Origin: Chlorokybus atmophyticus
Lineage: Eukaryota; Plantae; Mesostigma and Chlorokybus algae
Assembly: GCA_009103225.1 (NCBI GenBank)
Contig: RHPI01002069.1
Coordinates: 893,378 to 957,377 of the forward strand
Length of the DNA: 64,000 nt
Direction: 5' to 3'
Shown here: positions 1 to 13,178 of the stretch, piece by piece
How the letters are laid out: each line of letters opens with the position of its first letter
How positions within the stretch are numbered: the stretch's first letter is position 1
Translations under genes and position numbers: made by a program
Notes under the pieces: model-generated
Told to the model about the DNA's origin: nothing
The model's database searches: none
Seen by the model: the letters and a program-made list of their open reading frames with translations, nothing else

Positions 1-2049
1 TTGGCCACCACCTAAGGATGTACATCAGTTACGTGCTTTCTTGGGGCTAGCCAATTATTTCCGCAAGTTCACGCGAGCATATTCTGGCATGGCAAACCCT
101 TTAACAACTTTACTAAGAAAAGATGTAAAATTTGTGTGGATGGAGGCACACGAGGTTGCTTTTACACGCATTAAAGATGCATTAACACAAGCCCCCGTGT
201 TAGCCTTCCCCGACCACATCAAGCCTTTTGTGGTGATCAGTGATGCTTCCACCATTGGGTGTGGGGCAGTCCTTCTACAGGATGACAGACCATGTGCATA
301 TGAAAGCGGAAAGTTCATTCCTGCTGAACGTTATTACACAACCACTGAGCAGGAATTGCTCGGGTTGGTGCACGCGCTGCGCACATGGCGTTGCTACTTG
401 AAAGGGGTGGAGTTTTCAGTGATTACTGATCACAACCCGCTCACATTCTTTCATACGCAACAAAATCTGTCGAGGCGGCAAGCTAGGTGGAATGAATTCA
501 TTTTTCGTTTCACTTTCACTTGGCAATACCGTCCGGGTCGCACCAATGTGGCGGATCCACTAAGTCGCAGCCCTGCTTATTTGGCACTTACGCGCTCTCG
601 AAGTACGCGTAATGTACAACAGCCTGAAGATCCTTTCTTAAAAGAAGTGTCCACAGGTTATAACTCAGATGATTGGTTTAGCAGTCAAACCAACTTGCAA
701 CAGCTTACTGCTGTTAGCAATCTGTGGTATAAAGGGGAGCAGTTGGCAATTCCCAACTCGGGCGACTTGCGTAAGCAATGCTTACATTCAGTGCATGACC
801 TGCCGTATGCTGGGCATTTGGAAAAACACAAAACACTCAAATCTGCGCAACAGTTATACTGGTGGCCGTCAATGTCAGCTGACGTGGATCAATATGTTTG
901 CACATGTGACGTGTGTCAACGTAGTAAGCCACTACGCCAAAAACAAGCGGGATTGCTTAAACCATTGGCAATTCCAGAACAAAAGTGGGATAGTGTCAGT
1001 GTGGATTTGATTACTGACCTACCTGAAACAGCAGCTAAATACACTGCTATTGTGGTTTTTATCGACCGTTTGACTAAAATGGTGCATTTTGCCCCGTGTT
1101 GCACAACTGTAAGTGCACGGGACTTGGCACACTTATTTGTGTCCACGGTCTTTCGCGTTCACGGTGTACCGCGTGAACTCGTCACAGATCGTGATCCTCG
1201 GTTTGTCTCCAAGTTCTGGCGAGAAGTCTGTGAATTGTTGGGGGTAAAACAAAGCATGTTGACTGCTTTCCACCCTCAAACGGACGGTCAAACTGAGCGA
1301 GCAAATCAAATATTGGAAGAAATGCTTCGCCACTATGTGGTTCCTAATCATGCTGATTGGGACAGGTACTTGCCAATGGCAGAATTCGCTGTGAACAACG
1401 CGTGGCAGGAAAGTGTAAAGGAAACCCCATTTTTCTTGAATTATGGGATTCGTCCGAACACACCAGCGTCATTGCGTGTACCTCGCAATGCTCTGACTGT
1501 ACCAGCGGCAAAGGAATTTGCCACTAATATTCAAGAAAAATTGGCTTGAGCCAAGCTATGTCTGTCAGAAGCACAGGACAGGCAAAAAGCTTATGCTGAT
1601 ACACATCGAAAATGGCCACTTTCGATGTCGGCGATAAAGTTTTGCTTAATGCAGAAAACATAACCATCAAAGATACGGGTGCTCGCAAGTTGCTGCCCCG
1701 ATGGTTAGGTCCTTTCTCTATCACTGATAGAGTTGGTACGCACGCTTATCGACTGCAATTGCCCCCAAGTGTGCGTATACACAATGTGTTCCATGTAAAC
1801 TTGTTGAAACCTTACCGCTCAGACGGTAGAACACAGCCTCCACCACCGCCAGTTGAGGTGGACAGCGAGCTCGAATATGAGGTGGAAGCTATATTGAACC
1901 ATAAGCTAAATAGTCGAGGACGCGCAACTCGCTATTTGGTAAAATGGAAAGGGTATGGCCTGGAGCATAACAGTTGGGAGCCCGACAGGCATCTTACGCA
2001 CTGCCGCGAGTTGCTTCGAGCTTATTGGGATTCATGTCCTGTCCCATAA
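1..2049 (+). pseudogene. gypsy pol (RT-RNaseH-integrase-chromodomain) broken by a stop at 1547-1549 and a frameshift near 1610
   Basis: ORF 41..1549 and ORF 1612..2049 are consecutive parts of one pol in different frames; the conserved GHLG motif reads GHLE. Confidence 0.92.
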
Positions 2050-2196
2050 ACTGTGGGCTTGGTTTTATGACAGACTGGCAGTGCAGTTTCATTACCACCC
2101 TGTCATTTCCTGCTATCTCACTGGTTACAATTACTCGAAATCAAGCCTGATCAACTTGAGTTCAACGAGGACGTTGAAAACCTAAGTGGGGGGGAA

Positions 2197-2723
2197 TGTA
2201 ACGGGAGCAATAATAATAGGGGTATTATTGCTACCTAAAATAACACATTTTGTATGAATAATTATTTAAATATGCTTATTGATACCTCTTTTCTACGGTT
2301 CCTCGCTTATTAAAGGCTATGATGCTTCATCATAGCTTAAATAAGTCCTAATGGGTGTAGAACCGCTTATTCAAGCTTATTTAGTGTCACATTTGATATA
2401 ATGTGATCACTATCTCGTTAGGTACCTTACGATAGGTATCTTTGGATAAGTACCTTATCGATATGTACCTTATCTGAGCTGTGATTGGCTCACGCTAGGT
2501 TTCCTAACTACCCTATCTGTAGGGTCGATGTCTAGTTGCGAGTTAATTATCGAGAGGTATATAGTTGATATCCTCTTAATAAGAAAGGTCGCATCAATCT
2601 GATGTGGGGACTTTCAGTTCTCTACTCAGTGGCGGCCACGCCGTTGAAAGGCTTGTCATAGGCGGTGTGGGTGTTGGGGTAGAGGATTGAAGGGGCATCA
2701 CCGGCGATGGTGGTGCTGTTACA
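2197..2723 (+). repeat. 3' LTR (~527 bp, TGTAAC...GTTACA)
   Basis: Begins right after the PPT (AAGTGGGGGGGAA); has terminal inverted ends and four 14-16 bp internal repeats at 2419-2477; second copy at 27994-28519. Confidence 0.95.
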
Positions 2724-2839
2724 GCATTGGTTTGCTGGCTGAATCCATTGCACCGTTGTATGCTCCTTGCCTATACCACGGAGTTTGCTTTACGCAACTC
2801 TTGTGTGCACATCATCGTGTGTTAAAGCTTATGATTGTA

Positions 2840-3459
2840 AGTATTGGATGGCAGATTGTCATCGCAACAGACCTTGTGCATAAGAACATTATGTTTTTAG
2901 TGAATTGTGAGGCCGTTGTGGTAAGTAAAGAATTACATAAGGCGGGGGGCTACCATTACCATGTGGGGGTTTTAAATAATATTGCAACTTATCATACCTG
3001 CACTTTGAAATTGCGCTCAGCATTGTTTGAGTTTAAAGGCCATCAACTCAAAGTTTCCTTCCACAAGTTCATTTTGCGCTTATTTTCTGACGCAAGATAA
3101 AAACTCCTCTTCGGGGCACCGTGAAAGAGGAGTGCATAGCTCGGTCGTCACGTGCAGCAGGCAGGAAGAGTGTAAATTTAGTCTACTTTCTTAAAGTATG
3201 CAAGACATGGGGTGAGGTATCAGAAAACAAAGTGCTCCATAAAGCAGCAATTCGTTCTTACTTTTTATCAAAATAAGTGACAAGCGCATCTTCTCTTTAG
3301 TATGCCTTTATTCAAGGCTCATCTTGGTCAATTCACCCCTACAATGCGGCCAAATCCATCATCACTTGCAGTTTCTGCAAGAAGACAGGTCATGGGGAGG
3401 CTAAGTGCTATGCAAAACAGAATGCACAGAAGGCCAAGCAGCAGAGAGACAAGAAATAG
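2840..3459 (+). pseudogene. degenerate HUH endonuclease (Rep, Y1 type) with a downstream in-frame CCHC zinc knuckle; Replitron/CRESS-like relic
   Basis: VVVSKELHKAGGYHYHVGV (HUH motif II, HYH at 2954-2962); CAYFLTQDK (degenerate motif III, Tyr at 3081-3083); CSFCKKTGHGEAKC at 3367-3408; two frameshifts and two stops. Confidence 0.7.
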
Positions 3460-4295
3460 GAATTGTCCATGGTTGGTAGCTTANNNNNNNNNNNNNNNNN
3501 NNNNNNNNNNNNNNNNNNNNNNNNNNNNNNNCCCCCCCCCCCCCCCCCCCCCCCCCTTCACACACTACCAATGTGGCCCCAACACCATGTTGGCAATACC
3601 TACCAATACTGATTACGAGGCCATGATAATAGGCCATCATGACCCTTCAATGCAAAACAGCCTGCCTTGCTCACGTGGCGTTCCACGGGCAAGCAAGATC
3701 CCGCCATCATGAGCCCTCGCAGCGTTGCGGACGCTGGGGGTACGCAGTGGCAGCGGCGCGCTCACCTGTGCCCCTGTCTGTCGGAATGGCCGACAAGCTG
3801 CTTGGCATGCAGTGTGTACGCACAGTGTGCGCTACAAGAATAGACTGCCTCCGCATGCATAATAGCAAGCTTGCAGTCCAGCACAAGGCCGAACTTGGCT
3901 CATCACCTACCTTGCTGGTACAGCTGCATACCATGAGTAGTACCGGTAAACAAGGTGTGCATGCAATAGGCCTAGCCAGACCAATGCATGAGATAGTCGT
4001 CAGCTGGCCGACCCAGCTGACGATTACCTCTTATGCTTATATCCATGCGGCCCGTGGCGGATAGCCTTCTGCAGCGCAGCCCCGCCACGTCAGCTGGGGG
4101 CTGCCTTTCCACCACACGCAGTAGCATAGCCTGCTGGCTAGACTGCTCAGTGACAGTGTGGCTTTGGCCTAGTTCGTTGACCATTTTTGTGCTGCAGTTG
4201 TGCTAAGCTGTAAGCAGAGGTTGGCCTCAGCTGCACGCAGTGTGAAGGCTTTTGTTTAGAGCTGTTCCCTGGACGACAGTAGACGCCACTGCGCA

Positions 4296-6821
4296 ATGGA
4301 CGCCGTCAGGCATGCTGCAGAGACCGCCTACCAGGCCGCTGGTGCCGTCAAGGACGCCATCAAGAGCCCAACAGTAAGTGATCTTAGTGCTGATTGATTC
4401 TTCATGCTTGTTAGCGTATATACCATCGCGTCTATTAGCAGAAACAGCATGTCGCACACTGTCCAGTTGTTGCATATGCACTGACGCTTGTTGAGCTTCT
4501 GTAACAGCTGCCTCTCCAACAGCAGAAACATCTTGCAGTCGCACACTATCCAGTTGCTATGTGCATACGCACTGACGCAGCAACTTGTCGGAAGGCACAG
4601 ACAGTTGTGGAGGGTTTCACTGCATTGCATGCAGCCGCAAACACTGCATGAGGCCATACAATCTGCAGTTGGCAGTTGGCATGCTGCTGGTGCTGTGCAT
4701 CAGGCTGAGGTCTATGAGCTTCAGCATCGCCTTTCGCCCATGCTTGTAACTGTCCTCAACTTGTCAATGACTGCATCTCACCTGCGCAGGAGCACCCGAT
4801 GTCCAAGAACATCATATATGTGAGCAAGGACGAGGCGGACGCCGCAGGTTTTGGGATTGAGCTGCCCATGACGCCGCTGAAAGAAATCCTCTTTAAGCAC
4901 CCGCCGCTCGGTGATGGCGACCTCCGCATCGACATCACACACTCTGGCATCTGCCACACCGACATCCACTTCGCCAAGCAGGACTGGCCCGTCCCGCACA
5001 TGTGGCCCATTGTCCCCGGGCACGAGGTGTAATTTTCATGCAATGACCAGCTGGTACTTTGTCAGTAGGCAGGAAAGGGTGGTGAGTCAGCTTGTTGTGG
5101 CAGATTATTGGTGTTGTGAGGGCAAAGGGCAGTAAGGTGGGCAATGAGTTCCAGATTGGTGAGCGCGTGGGCTTCGGGCCGCACCGCAACTGCTGTGGGG
5201 AGTGTGAGTACTGCCAGGCTGGTGACGACCATCTCTGCTTGAAGGTGACTTCAGTGCACATACATCTTGCGCACATAGTTTGGTCAGTCTTCTGTACGCC
5301 TGCCTTGCTGCAGTGCTGGTATAGCTGACTCACTGCTGTTACTATGTAGGTGGAGATAGAGCAGGGCAACCCTGGCATGAAGCTCATGTGAGTGTGGTCA
5401 AATAAGTTAGGCTACATGTAAAAATCCATGGAGGGGTGGAATTCTCAAGTTTGCTACTGTTGCATGCAGCTATGATCCGGCGTTCGGTGGGTATGCCACA
5501 CAAATGCAGGCACCAGCTTATTACGCGTTTAAGATCCCTGACAAGATCCCCAGCTCACAGGTCCGAACAAGCACGCGTCACAGTAGCATGCACAAACAGG
5601 GAGAGGGGCAGGCTGCGCATGTGAGGAAGGGGAACAGGAAGATGCGTCAGGAGAGAGGCTGTTGTGGAAATAGAGGCAGAGGCAGAGGGAGCTTGATGTA
5701 GGGGGCAGAGTGTGTGAAAAGTGTACGAGAGCGAGAGTAGGGTGTGTTGACTAGTGGCTCGTAACCGCTTCTATACTGGGCTTGTGTCTCTTGCATTCAA
5801 CCATTGCGCTCAACATTTCTTGACCAGGCGTCGGTGTTGTTGTGTGCTGGAGTCACCACATACAATGCGGTCTCGCGATTTGCCAGCAAGGGTGGAATGA
5901 AGGTGAGAACAGACAGCGATGCTGTTACCAACCATGAAGTAATGATGTTCCTTGGGGTGTCAAAGTTGTTGTTAACATCCAGGTTGCTGTGGCGAGCATT
6001 GGAGGCCTGGGACACTTGGCAGTGCAATTTGCAAAGGCTTTCGGCAACGAGGTAAGGAAGCAGTCTGCCCAAACTGATTGTAGGTTAAGCCGTGCGTGCT
6101 ATGTTGACTGACCTGCACCCCCCTGCCAGGTCACAGCCATCACGGGTCACCCTGAGGAGAAAGGAGAAGAGATCCAGAACGTAGGTGCAGATCACGTCAT
6201 CGATGCCAATGACAAGAACGCTGTCAAGCAGCACTCGTGGGCATTCGATGTGATCGTGAACTGCAACCCACGCTGGCGCGACTACGACCAGCTGCTCTGG
6301 ATGCTGAAGCCCCGCGGCAAGCTCTGCCAGGTGTGCTGGTGCACCTGTGCGTGCACAGATTAGAATGTGCACAGCATGTGGTTGTTGCTACTATTGTTGG
6401 CAAGTGCATGACTGTCATGTTGTACGCCAGATTGGCATCTCCAAGCAGCAGCAGGCGCTCAACATTACCGAGTTCAACTTGTGCTACTATGAGCGCCAGA
6501 TCATCGGCATCTGGGTCGGTTCCCGCAAGCAGGTATGGAGTCGGTAACAGATAACTCGTTATTCTCAGTTGTGCCACAAGTGCACGAGACATGCTTACAC
6601 TCATCGCGTACAATCTGCAGACACGCGACATGCTGGAGTTCTCTGCACAGCACAATGTTGTACCGCTGATTGATGAAGAGATGCCGCTGGACCGCGTGAA
6701 TGATGGCATCGCCAAAGTGTCCAACAGCCAGGCCAAGTTCCGCATCGTTCTGCGCCCTGACCAGTACGCCAGGGCCCGTGGCCTGCCAACTGTCAATGAG
6801 TCCCCCGCTGGTGCGGTGTAA
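4296..6821 (+). CDS. Zn-binding NAD(P)-dependent alcohol dehydrogenase, CAD/ADH6-like (multi-exon)
   Basis: GICHTD, GHE, CGECEYC..GDDHLC zinc sites, LLCAGVTTY, IGGLGHLAVQFAKAFG, final exon RDMLEFSAQHNV..KFRIVL; exons joined by GT-AG introns. Confidence 0.92.
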
Positions 6822-7070
6822 AGTATTCTCAACAATTGGGTTTTGTGTACAGAGCATAGTTTGGTTGTGGTGTACACATCAAATGGGTGGTGCTATGTAA
6901 CATATGTTGTGTAGTGGTGGACGAAGCTGCTTTGTCTTGCAGTGCAAGCATGTGTACACATTTCAGCAAGAAACTGGTATGGTTTTCAAGTACACGTGGG
7001 TGTGGCCTGTGTAAACGCGTGCACTTCTCTCTGAACTGCAAAGACTGTTTAACGCATGCGCGCGCGCATG

Positions 7071-7550
<480 letters not shown>

Positions 7551-7698
7551 TTTAAAAACTTGTTGGATAGTACAATTTGAGAATTGAACATGCTTTAAAG
7601 ATGTAATATTGAAGCCATTGAGTGGGCATGTATTGCAACGTTGATAATTATTTATTACCCATAGTCCACAAGCAATTGAATTGTACATTACCTCATCA

Positions 7699-7807
7699 TT
7701 GTTCCACAAACTGTAATTAAGAATGCTTCACGGCGAATAAGATGTACCCCCTTGTTCCACAAACTGTAGTTTAGAATGCTTCACGGCGAATAAGATGTAC
7801 CCCCTTG
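7699..7807. repeat. 53-bp tandem duplication
   Basis: TTGTTCCACAAACTGTA..GAATGCTTCACGGCGAATAAGATGTACCCCC starts at 7699 and again at 7752. Confidence 0.9.
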
Positions 7808-9258
7808 CAACAAACTAATACACCTTCTCACTTTAAATATGGCTAATAAACAGCAAGGGCCGATTATTGAGGCACGGCAACTTGCAATTGAAGCATGCAA
7901 AAGTGCATACAATTTAAGCTGTCTGATACATGATGTAAGCACATACTCGCAGCACACGCAATGCAATAGCGCCGTAACGTCGTCGCCAACCATCCAGGGT
8001 ACGCAAGCCACTCTCTACTACAATGATCAAGCCGTCAACCAATGGCTCACACCATGCTCAACATACAGTAGCTATGTAGCTCGCTATAGCAACCCACACA
8101 GAGGGTGAGCAAGCCACTCTTCATTATAATGATCACACCGTCTACTGGTGGCTCACATCATACACAAACAAGCCGCTCTGAGACTAAATATCAACTCATA
8201 CAGTTGCGAGCCAACCACGTGCCAACAACACACTGGGATAAGGACGTCCCTCATAATGTGGTGAGCTGACTCACCTCAGGAGGAATACTCAACTTTGACG
8301 CTCTAGTCATTCGTGAAGGCGGCACATGCTACACATGCTGTTGGTTATTTATATCAACTTTAAAAGCGAGTTGGGTGTTGCATTAACACCGTTGATGATC
8401 GTGAGTGAGTCACTCGCAAAACGCGCATAAACCTTGAAGTACAAGGCAGGCGTGGGCCACAGTGTCGGTTGGCCCAGAGGTTAAGTGCTCACTGTGGCGC
8501 TTCTGTATAGATGACTCACCTCGCCGGGTGTAGGCTTAGCTATTGTGTGTAGCTGCTTTGCTACCAGTTGCTGTGGGCCTCAGCACCAGCACACCACCTT
8601 TGTTGCTTTGCCATGGTATGTGCTTTACCGTCTAACTTTAACGTTGCACTGCTTGTGACGCCCACACTCTCAACGCCTTGCCCCATACACCGTCAGCCCT
8701 ACCCCTGTTGTGTACATGCTATCTGCTTATGCTGTGTGTTGGTGATGTGCTTTGGTCAACCAGTAAGTCTTGCATACACTAAAACTGTGTGCGCTATTCA
8801 GAACGGAGGGAGGAGGGGGGCAGCGAGCAGGCAAGGCAGCTGCAATGGTGAAGGATCACCTGCCATCACCGCACAAGGAATGTACAAACTTGTCATTGAC
8901 ATTGTGTACAGCAACGAATGCACCTACTGGTGGTCTTGTCATCCTTCACCTAGATCCCCCATTTGAAATAGGCCCTTCCAATGTGCCATCACTGGCAACA
9001 CTCTCTGCACCGTCCGCTGAGAATCTGCTCGCTCAGAACCTGCGAGTCACAACTCGAGCAACAAGTGGTGATTCCCCCTCACAACCCGCCACGTCGGACT
9101 GCTGACCGCCGATGACAAAACTCACTCACACGCAGTCCGTCGACCCGACGGCGCCGCGTCGTGCAGATCAATGACTTGACTCTTCGCGGGTCGTTAAGCA
9201 GCAGCGGCCAGCATCCACGGCAACAGCAATAGCGGCAACGACAGTGCTGTCGTGCAGC

Positions 9259-12209
9259 ATGGCGGGGGCGGCGCTGCGAGGGGCGGCGGGGTGCTTGCGC
9301 CAGCTGCTTCTTGCGCGGGCTGGGAGCGGCTTCGGTGGTGGTGGCGCACTTGCGGCGAGCTTCGCGCGCTTGCAGTCCACGGTGAGCACACGCGCATTCA
9401 CTGCATGCTACTGCGCTTTTCTGGGGCGGTCCGCCCGCGCGTTTGTTCCTCTCGCACTGCTTTGGTCGGTTTTGCCCTTCCGTTTCCTTGCGTGCGATCC
9501 GGTGGCAAGGCATGTTTTGGGCACGCTCTCTGCCGTGGCCTGGTACTGCCAGCCATTCAGCATGGCTGGCTGCCAGTCCAACCATCTTCAATTTTCTTCT
9601 GTTGTCGCATGTTCACGCTATCCGTCAGCTGTAACACGCACCTAGCAAGCAACACCTATGTTACAACGATAGCGACATAAGCTTGGGTAGCCACATTGAG
9701 AGACATGGCCTGCGCTGCGGTGCTTTGCATGAGAGAAGCGGTTGGGGTACTGTGCGTCGGCAGTTCTGGCGAGGTAATCAACTGTTGGTAATTGAATACA
9801 CCTGCATTGTTTGTGGACATGTGGACACCTGCATCCAACGTCTGTTCAGCAAAAGTTAAACACGCTTTTCACAAGTGACCGGCTGTTCACTATGTGGTTG
9901 ATTGTCTGCAAAAGAACATCGTTCAGTGCAGCGTTGTGACTGTGGTCAGTTCTTTCAGGTTACAAGCACTTCCTCTGAGCCTGCGACACTGCACGATCCC
10001 GGCAATGACGCTGTGCATTTGCGCGACAACTGGTGCTTTGTTGCGTCTGAGCAAAGGTCCACCTCACCTGTGCAGTACCAGGTAAAAGTTTTCTGTAGTT
10101 TTGCAAGCTTAGATGATTTGCGCTAACCTGTGCCAACAGGTTGCTGTTGCCTCCATGCGTGCAGGGCCGGAATGAGGTATCGAGCTTTGAGAACGTGCCT
10201 AAGCTCGCCATATTGAGAGATATCTTCACGCCTAGCGGAGAAGACGGGTTGAGGTCTGCCTATGAGGTAAGCCGTGCTTGCTTGCACGCGCACGTTCGTT
10301 TGCTCAATTTGCTTATCAATGCTAATCGTGTTGTAGGTGCTACGCAAGCTTGATGAGAATACTGTAGCTGTTCTAGCGTCCGCCACAAGCCCAGCCCGCA
10401 GGTAGGCTTCATTGTCATCAGGTTAAACAGAGGGTAATAATAGAAAGCCAGTATGTGGAGCATCACAAGCATTGGCTTGAAGGTTGCTAGTGGACGAGTA
10501 CATCCGCCATGGCAAGGAGCAGTACACCCTTCAACAGCAAGGAGTGGATCTCATCCGCTACCTGCGCAAGAATGGTGGGCATGCATGCCAAGCTTCCCTG
10601 TTGCATTAGTGCAAGCTCAGTTCTCTCACATGTTGGACATGCAGGGTTCAAAGTCATCATGGAGCCCGACGAGGATGCATTGGGTGCACGTGCCGAGAAC
10701 CGCGCGCCTGTCTTCGAAGCCAGGCAGTCCACGAATCAGGTGCTGATGGTCGCTCCCACCGCTTTCCAGTCCAACGAGCAGGCGGCGCAGGACAACTACT
10801 ACATGGACACCTCTGTGGGCTTCTCGCGCATTGAGCTGCGGCGCCGCGTGCTTGCAGAGTACGCGCAACTGCATCACGTGCTGACCGAGGATGCTGGCGT
10901 ACAGGTGATCATCAGACACTCTTGTTACATGCATGTAAGCAGCACATAATCTTGCCTTGGCTGATCCGGTGTGGCTGGCAGGTGAACTTGTTCGCTCATG
11001 AAGAGTACCACAACGCTCCAGACTCGGTGTTTCCCAACAACTGGTTCAGCACACACATTGGTGAAGGCAATCTTGGAAGTGGTCAAGGCAGGCTTGTGCT
11101 ATACCCGTTCAAGGTGAGTGCTGGATCTTGTCAACAATTTTCATTATGGTCAAGGCGTTGAGTGGTGCATTGGATTGTTGTACCTGGTGAAGCTCGTGCC
11201 ATTGTGGCTTGTAGGTTCCTAACCGCCGCAATGAGCGACGAGCAGACATGATTGATTACTTGAAGAGCTTTGGTAGATATTCAGAAGTGTTGGACTTGAC
11301 TGGCGCTGAGCAGCAATCCACACCGCAATTCTTGGAAGGAACAGGTACAGAACCACAACTGCTCAAGCATTCAAGGAAGGGTTGACACAATGGTACTGAA
11401 GCACACCTGGCAATGTTGTCTACTGACTGATGCGGTTTTCAGGTTCGCTTGTGCTGGACAGGCAAAGGGGCATTGCTTACGTTGCGGTGTCAGAGCGATC
11501 AGATGCGCAAGCTGCTGAGCAGTGGGCGGAGAAGATGGGATACAGTGAAGTGGTTAGTTTCATGGCCACAGACAGCAAAGGGCTGCCGATCTACCACACG
11601 AATGTCATGATGGCCATCGGCACCAGCGTCGCTGTTGTGTGCCTGGAATCCGTAGAGGACCCGGTTGAGCGACAACATCTGCTCTCGCGCCTGCAAGCTT
11701 CCCATGAGGTACGCCTTGTGAGTTGCACGGGTCTCATGAGAGTTGCGTGCAAGGCTGTAAGGCTATAGTCGTTGGCTCGAGCAAAGCGCCTGTACGCGTG
11801 CCTCATGTATCAACAAGTTGCAGTGGAGTGTTGACTGCGATTGTATTCGCACACATCAGCTCCGGACTTTGTCAAACAGCAACCTTCAGCACTACTTTCC
11901 TGCAATGCTTCCTTGCAGCTTGTTCACTTGCACACACACATGCATCATTGCCTGATGTGCGTATGCTTGGCGCAGGTTGTGAACATTACCCGGCAACAGG
12001 CGACCCACTTTTGCGGCAACGTGATTGAGCTGCGGGACGGGAGGGACTTGCCCATTCTTGCGTTGTCCACCGCAGCATACAACGCGTTTACTGCTGATCA
12101 AAAGAAAACCTTGAGAAAACACTTGGCCGCTCTGCATCACGCACCCATTGATACTCTCGAGAGGGTTGGTGGTGGCGGAGTGCGCTGCGCAATAGCAGAG
12201 GTGTTCTGA
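9259..12209 (+). CDS. amidinotransferase-superfamily (pentein) hydrolase, CtlX/arginine-deiminase-like, with a probable organellar targeting peptide (multi-exon)
   Basis: STNQVLMVAPTAF, PDSVFPNNWFSTH, FLEGTGSLVLDR, IYHTNVMMAIG, FCGNVIEL, ERVGGGGVRCAIAEVF (catalytic Cys); first exon MAGAALRGAAGCLRQLLLAR is Arg/Ala-rich with no acidic residues; joining of the 5' exons is inferred. Confidence 0.85.
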
Positions 12210-12634
12210 AGATTCTGAGCGTCGTTGCTGCGGTACTAAATTGTGGCTTCAGCGCCAGCGCTGCACGTGCAAGCTTAACCAAGCAACCATGCGCATGCAC
12301 CTCAACGGTGTAGTCTGCGCATGGCTGCTTGGTAAAGCTGGATACAGTTGAGGGTGCTGGTGCACGAGTTTTGTGGTAGAGGACGTAGTTTTCGTACATG
12401 GTTACTGTAGATGTGAGTGAGTGTACTACAAACATTGTATACTACAAACATTGGAGTGATTACTGTGACTGTTTGTACGATCTGCATGACTCCTTCAGTA
12501 CTACAATGTCGTATAAAGTCCAGTCCTAGAAGTTCTAGTCCTAGAAGCAAGTGAAGTTCGTCCACTCTTCTGACACTGGTCGCAGAAAACAGTGCCCAGT
12601 TGCTCGTATTATGCGGCATGCTTGGTTGTTGTTG

Positions 12635-12836
12635 GTTCAATGGGCGTGTACAAAAGATGCACAGGGGAACTCACACATATCCAAACTGCGTGAATATGCA
12701 CTGCCACAACCACTTACCAGCTCGACCACCAGGTTCGTTCAATGGGCGTGTACAAAAGTTGTAAAGGGGAACTCGCATGCTCAAATCTGCGTGAATATGC
12801 AATGCCACAACCACTCACCAACTCGATCACCAGGTC
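12635..12836. repeat. 102-bp tandem duplication (diverged)
   Basis: GTTCAATGGGCGTGTACAAAAG...CTCGA(C/T)CACCAGGT starts at 12635 and again at 12737. Confidence 0.9.
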
Positions 12837-13178
12837 AAGGCTTGCGCCTGCGTGCTATGTATCATGTATCGTGGCTATGGATCAAGATGGTGGAGTTTGC
12901 AGTGCCATTGCAATGTATTGCAACATGTGAAATGATCACACTACCAAACTTGAAGCAGCAATGTTTGTGGAGTTTTCATAAGCTGAATGTTGGCACAGCA
13001 TTGCCGACCGTACCAACCGTGCAAATGCTTGTGCATATACTCAACAGCTGTGTTATCAGCAACCAATCACTCTGTTGTGATTACTTCTGGTATGCTACAC
13101 TCTGACTACATTCAACGCGTCACAAACATGTACACAACATTTACACGTTACAAGACATACAAGCCATAGACCAGGCAG

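Larger units (their letters stand above)
1..2723 (+). mobile_element. 3' portion of a Ty3/gypsy LTR retrotransposon (chromovirus), degenerate; 5' part lies outside the window
   Basis: RT end/RNase H (FLGLANYFRKF, VISDASTIGCGAVL, TDHNPL), integrase (HHCC zinc finger, DLITD, TDRDPRF, HPQTDGQTER), GPF motif (PRWLGPF), chromodomain (YEVEAIL..YLVKWKGYGLEHNSWEP), polypurine tract 2184-2196, then a TG...CA LTR. Confidence 0.97.

Noticed and set aside
3484-3557. N run followed by poly-C
   Set aside because: Assembly gap and homopolymer edge; no biological inference possible.
7699-7807. Possible CRISPR-like array
   Set aside because: Only two contiguous units with no spacers, no cas genes, and a eukaryotic context.
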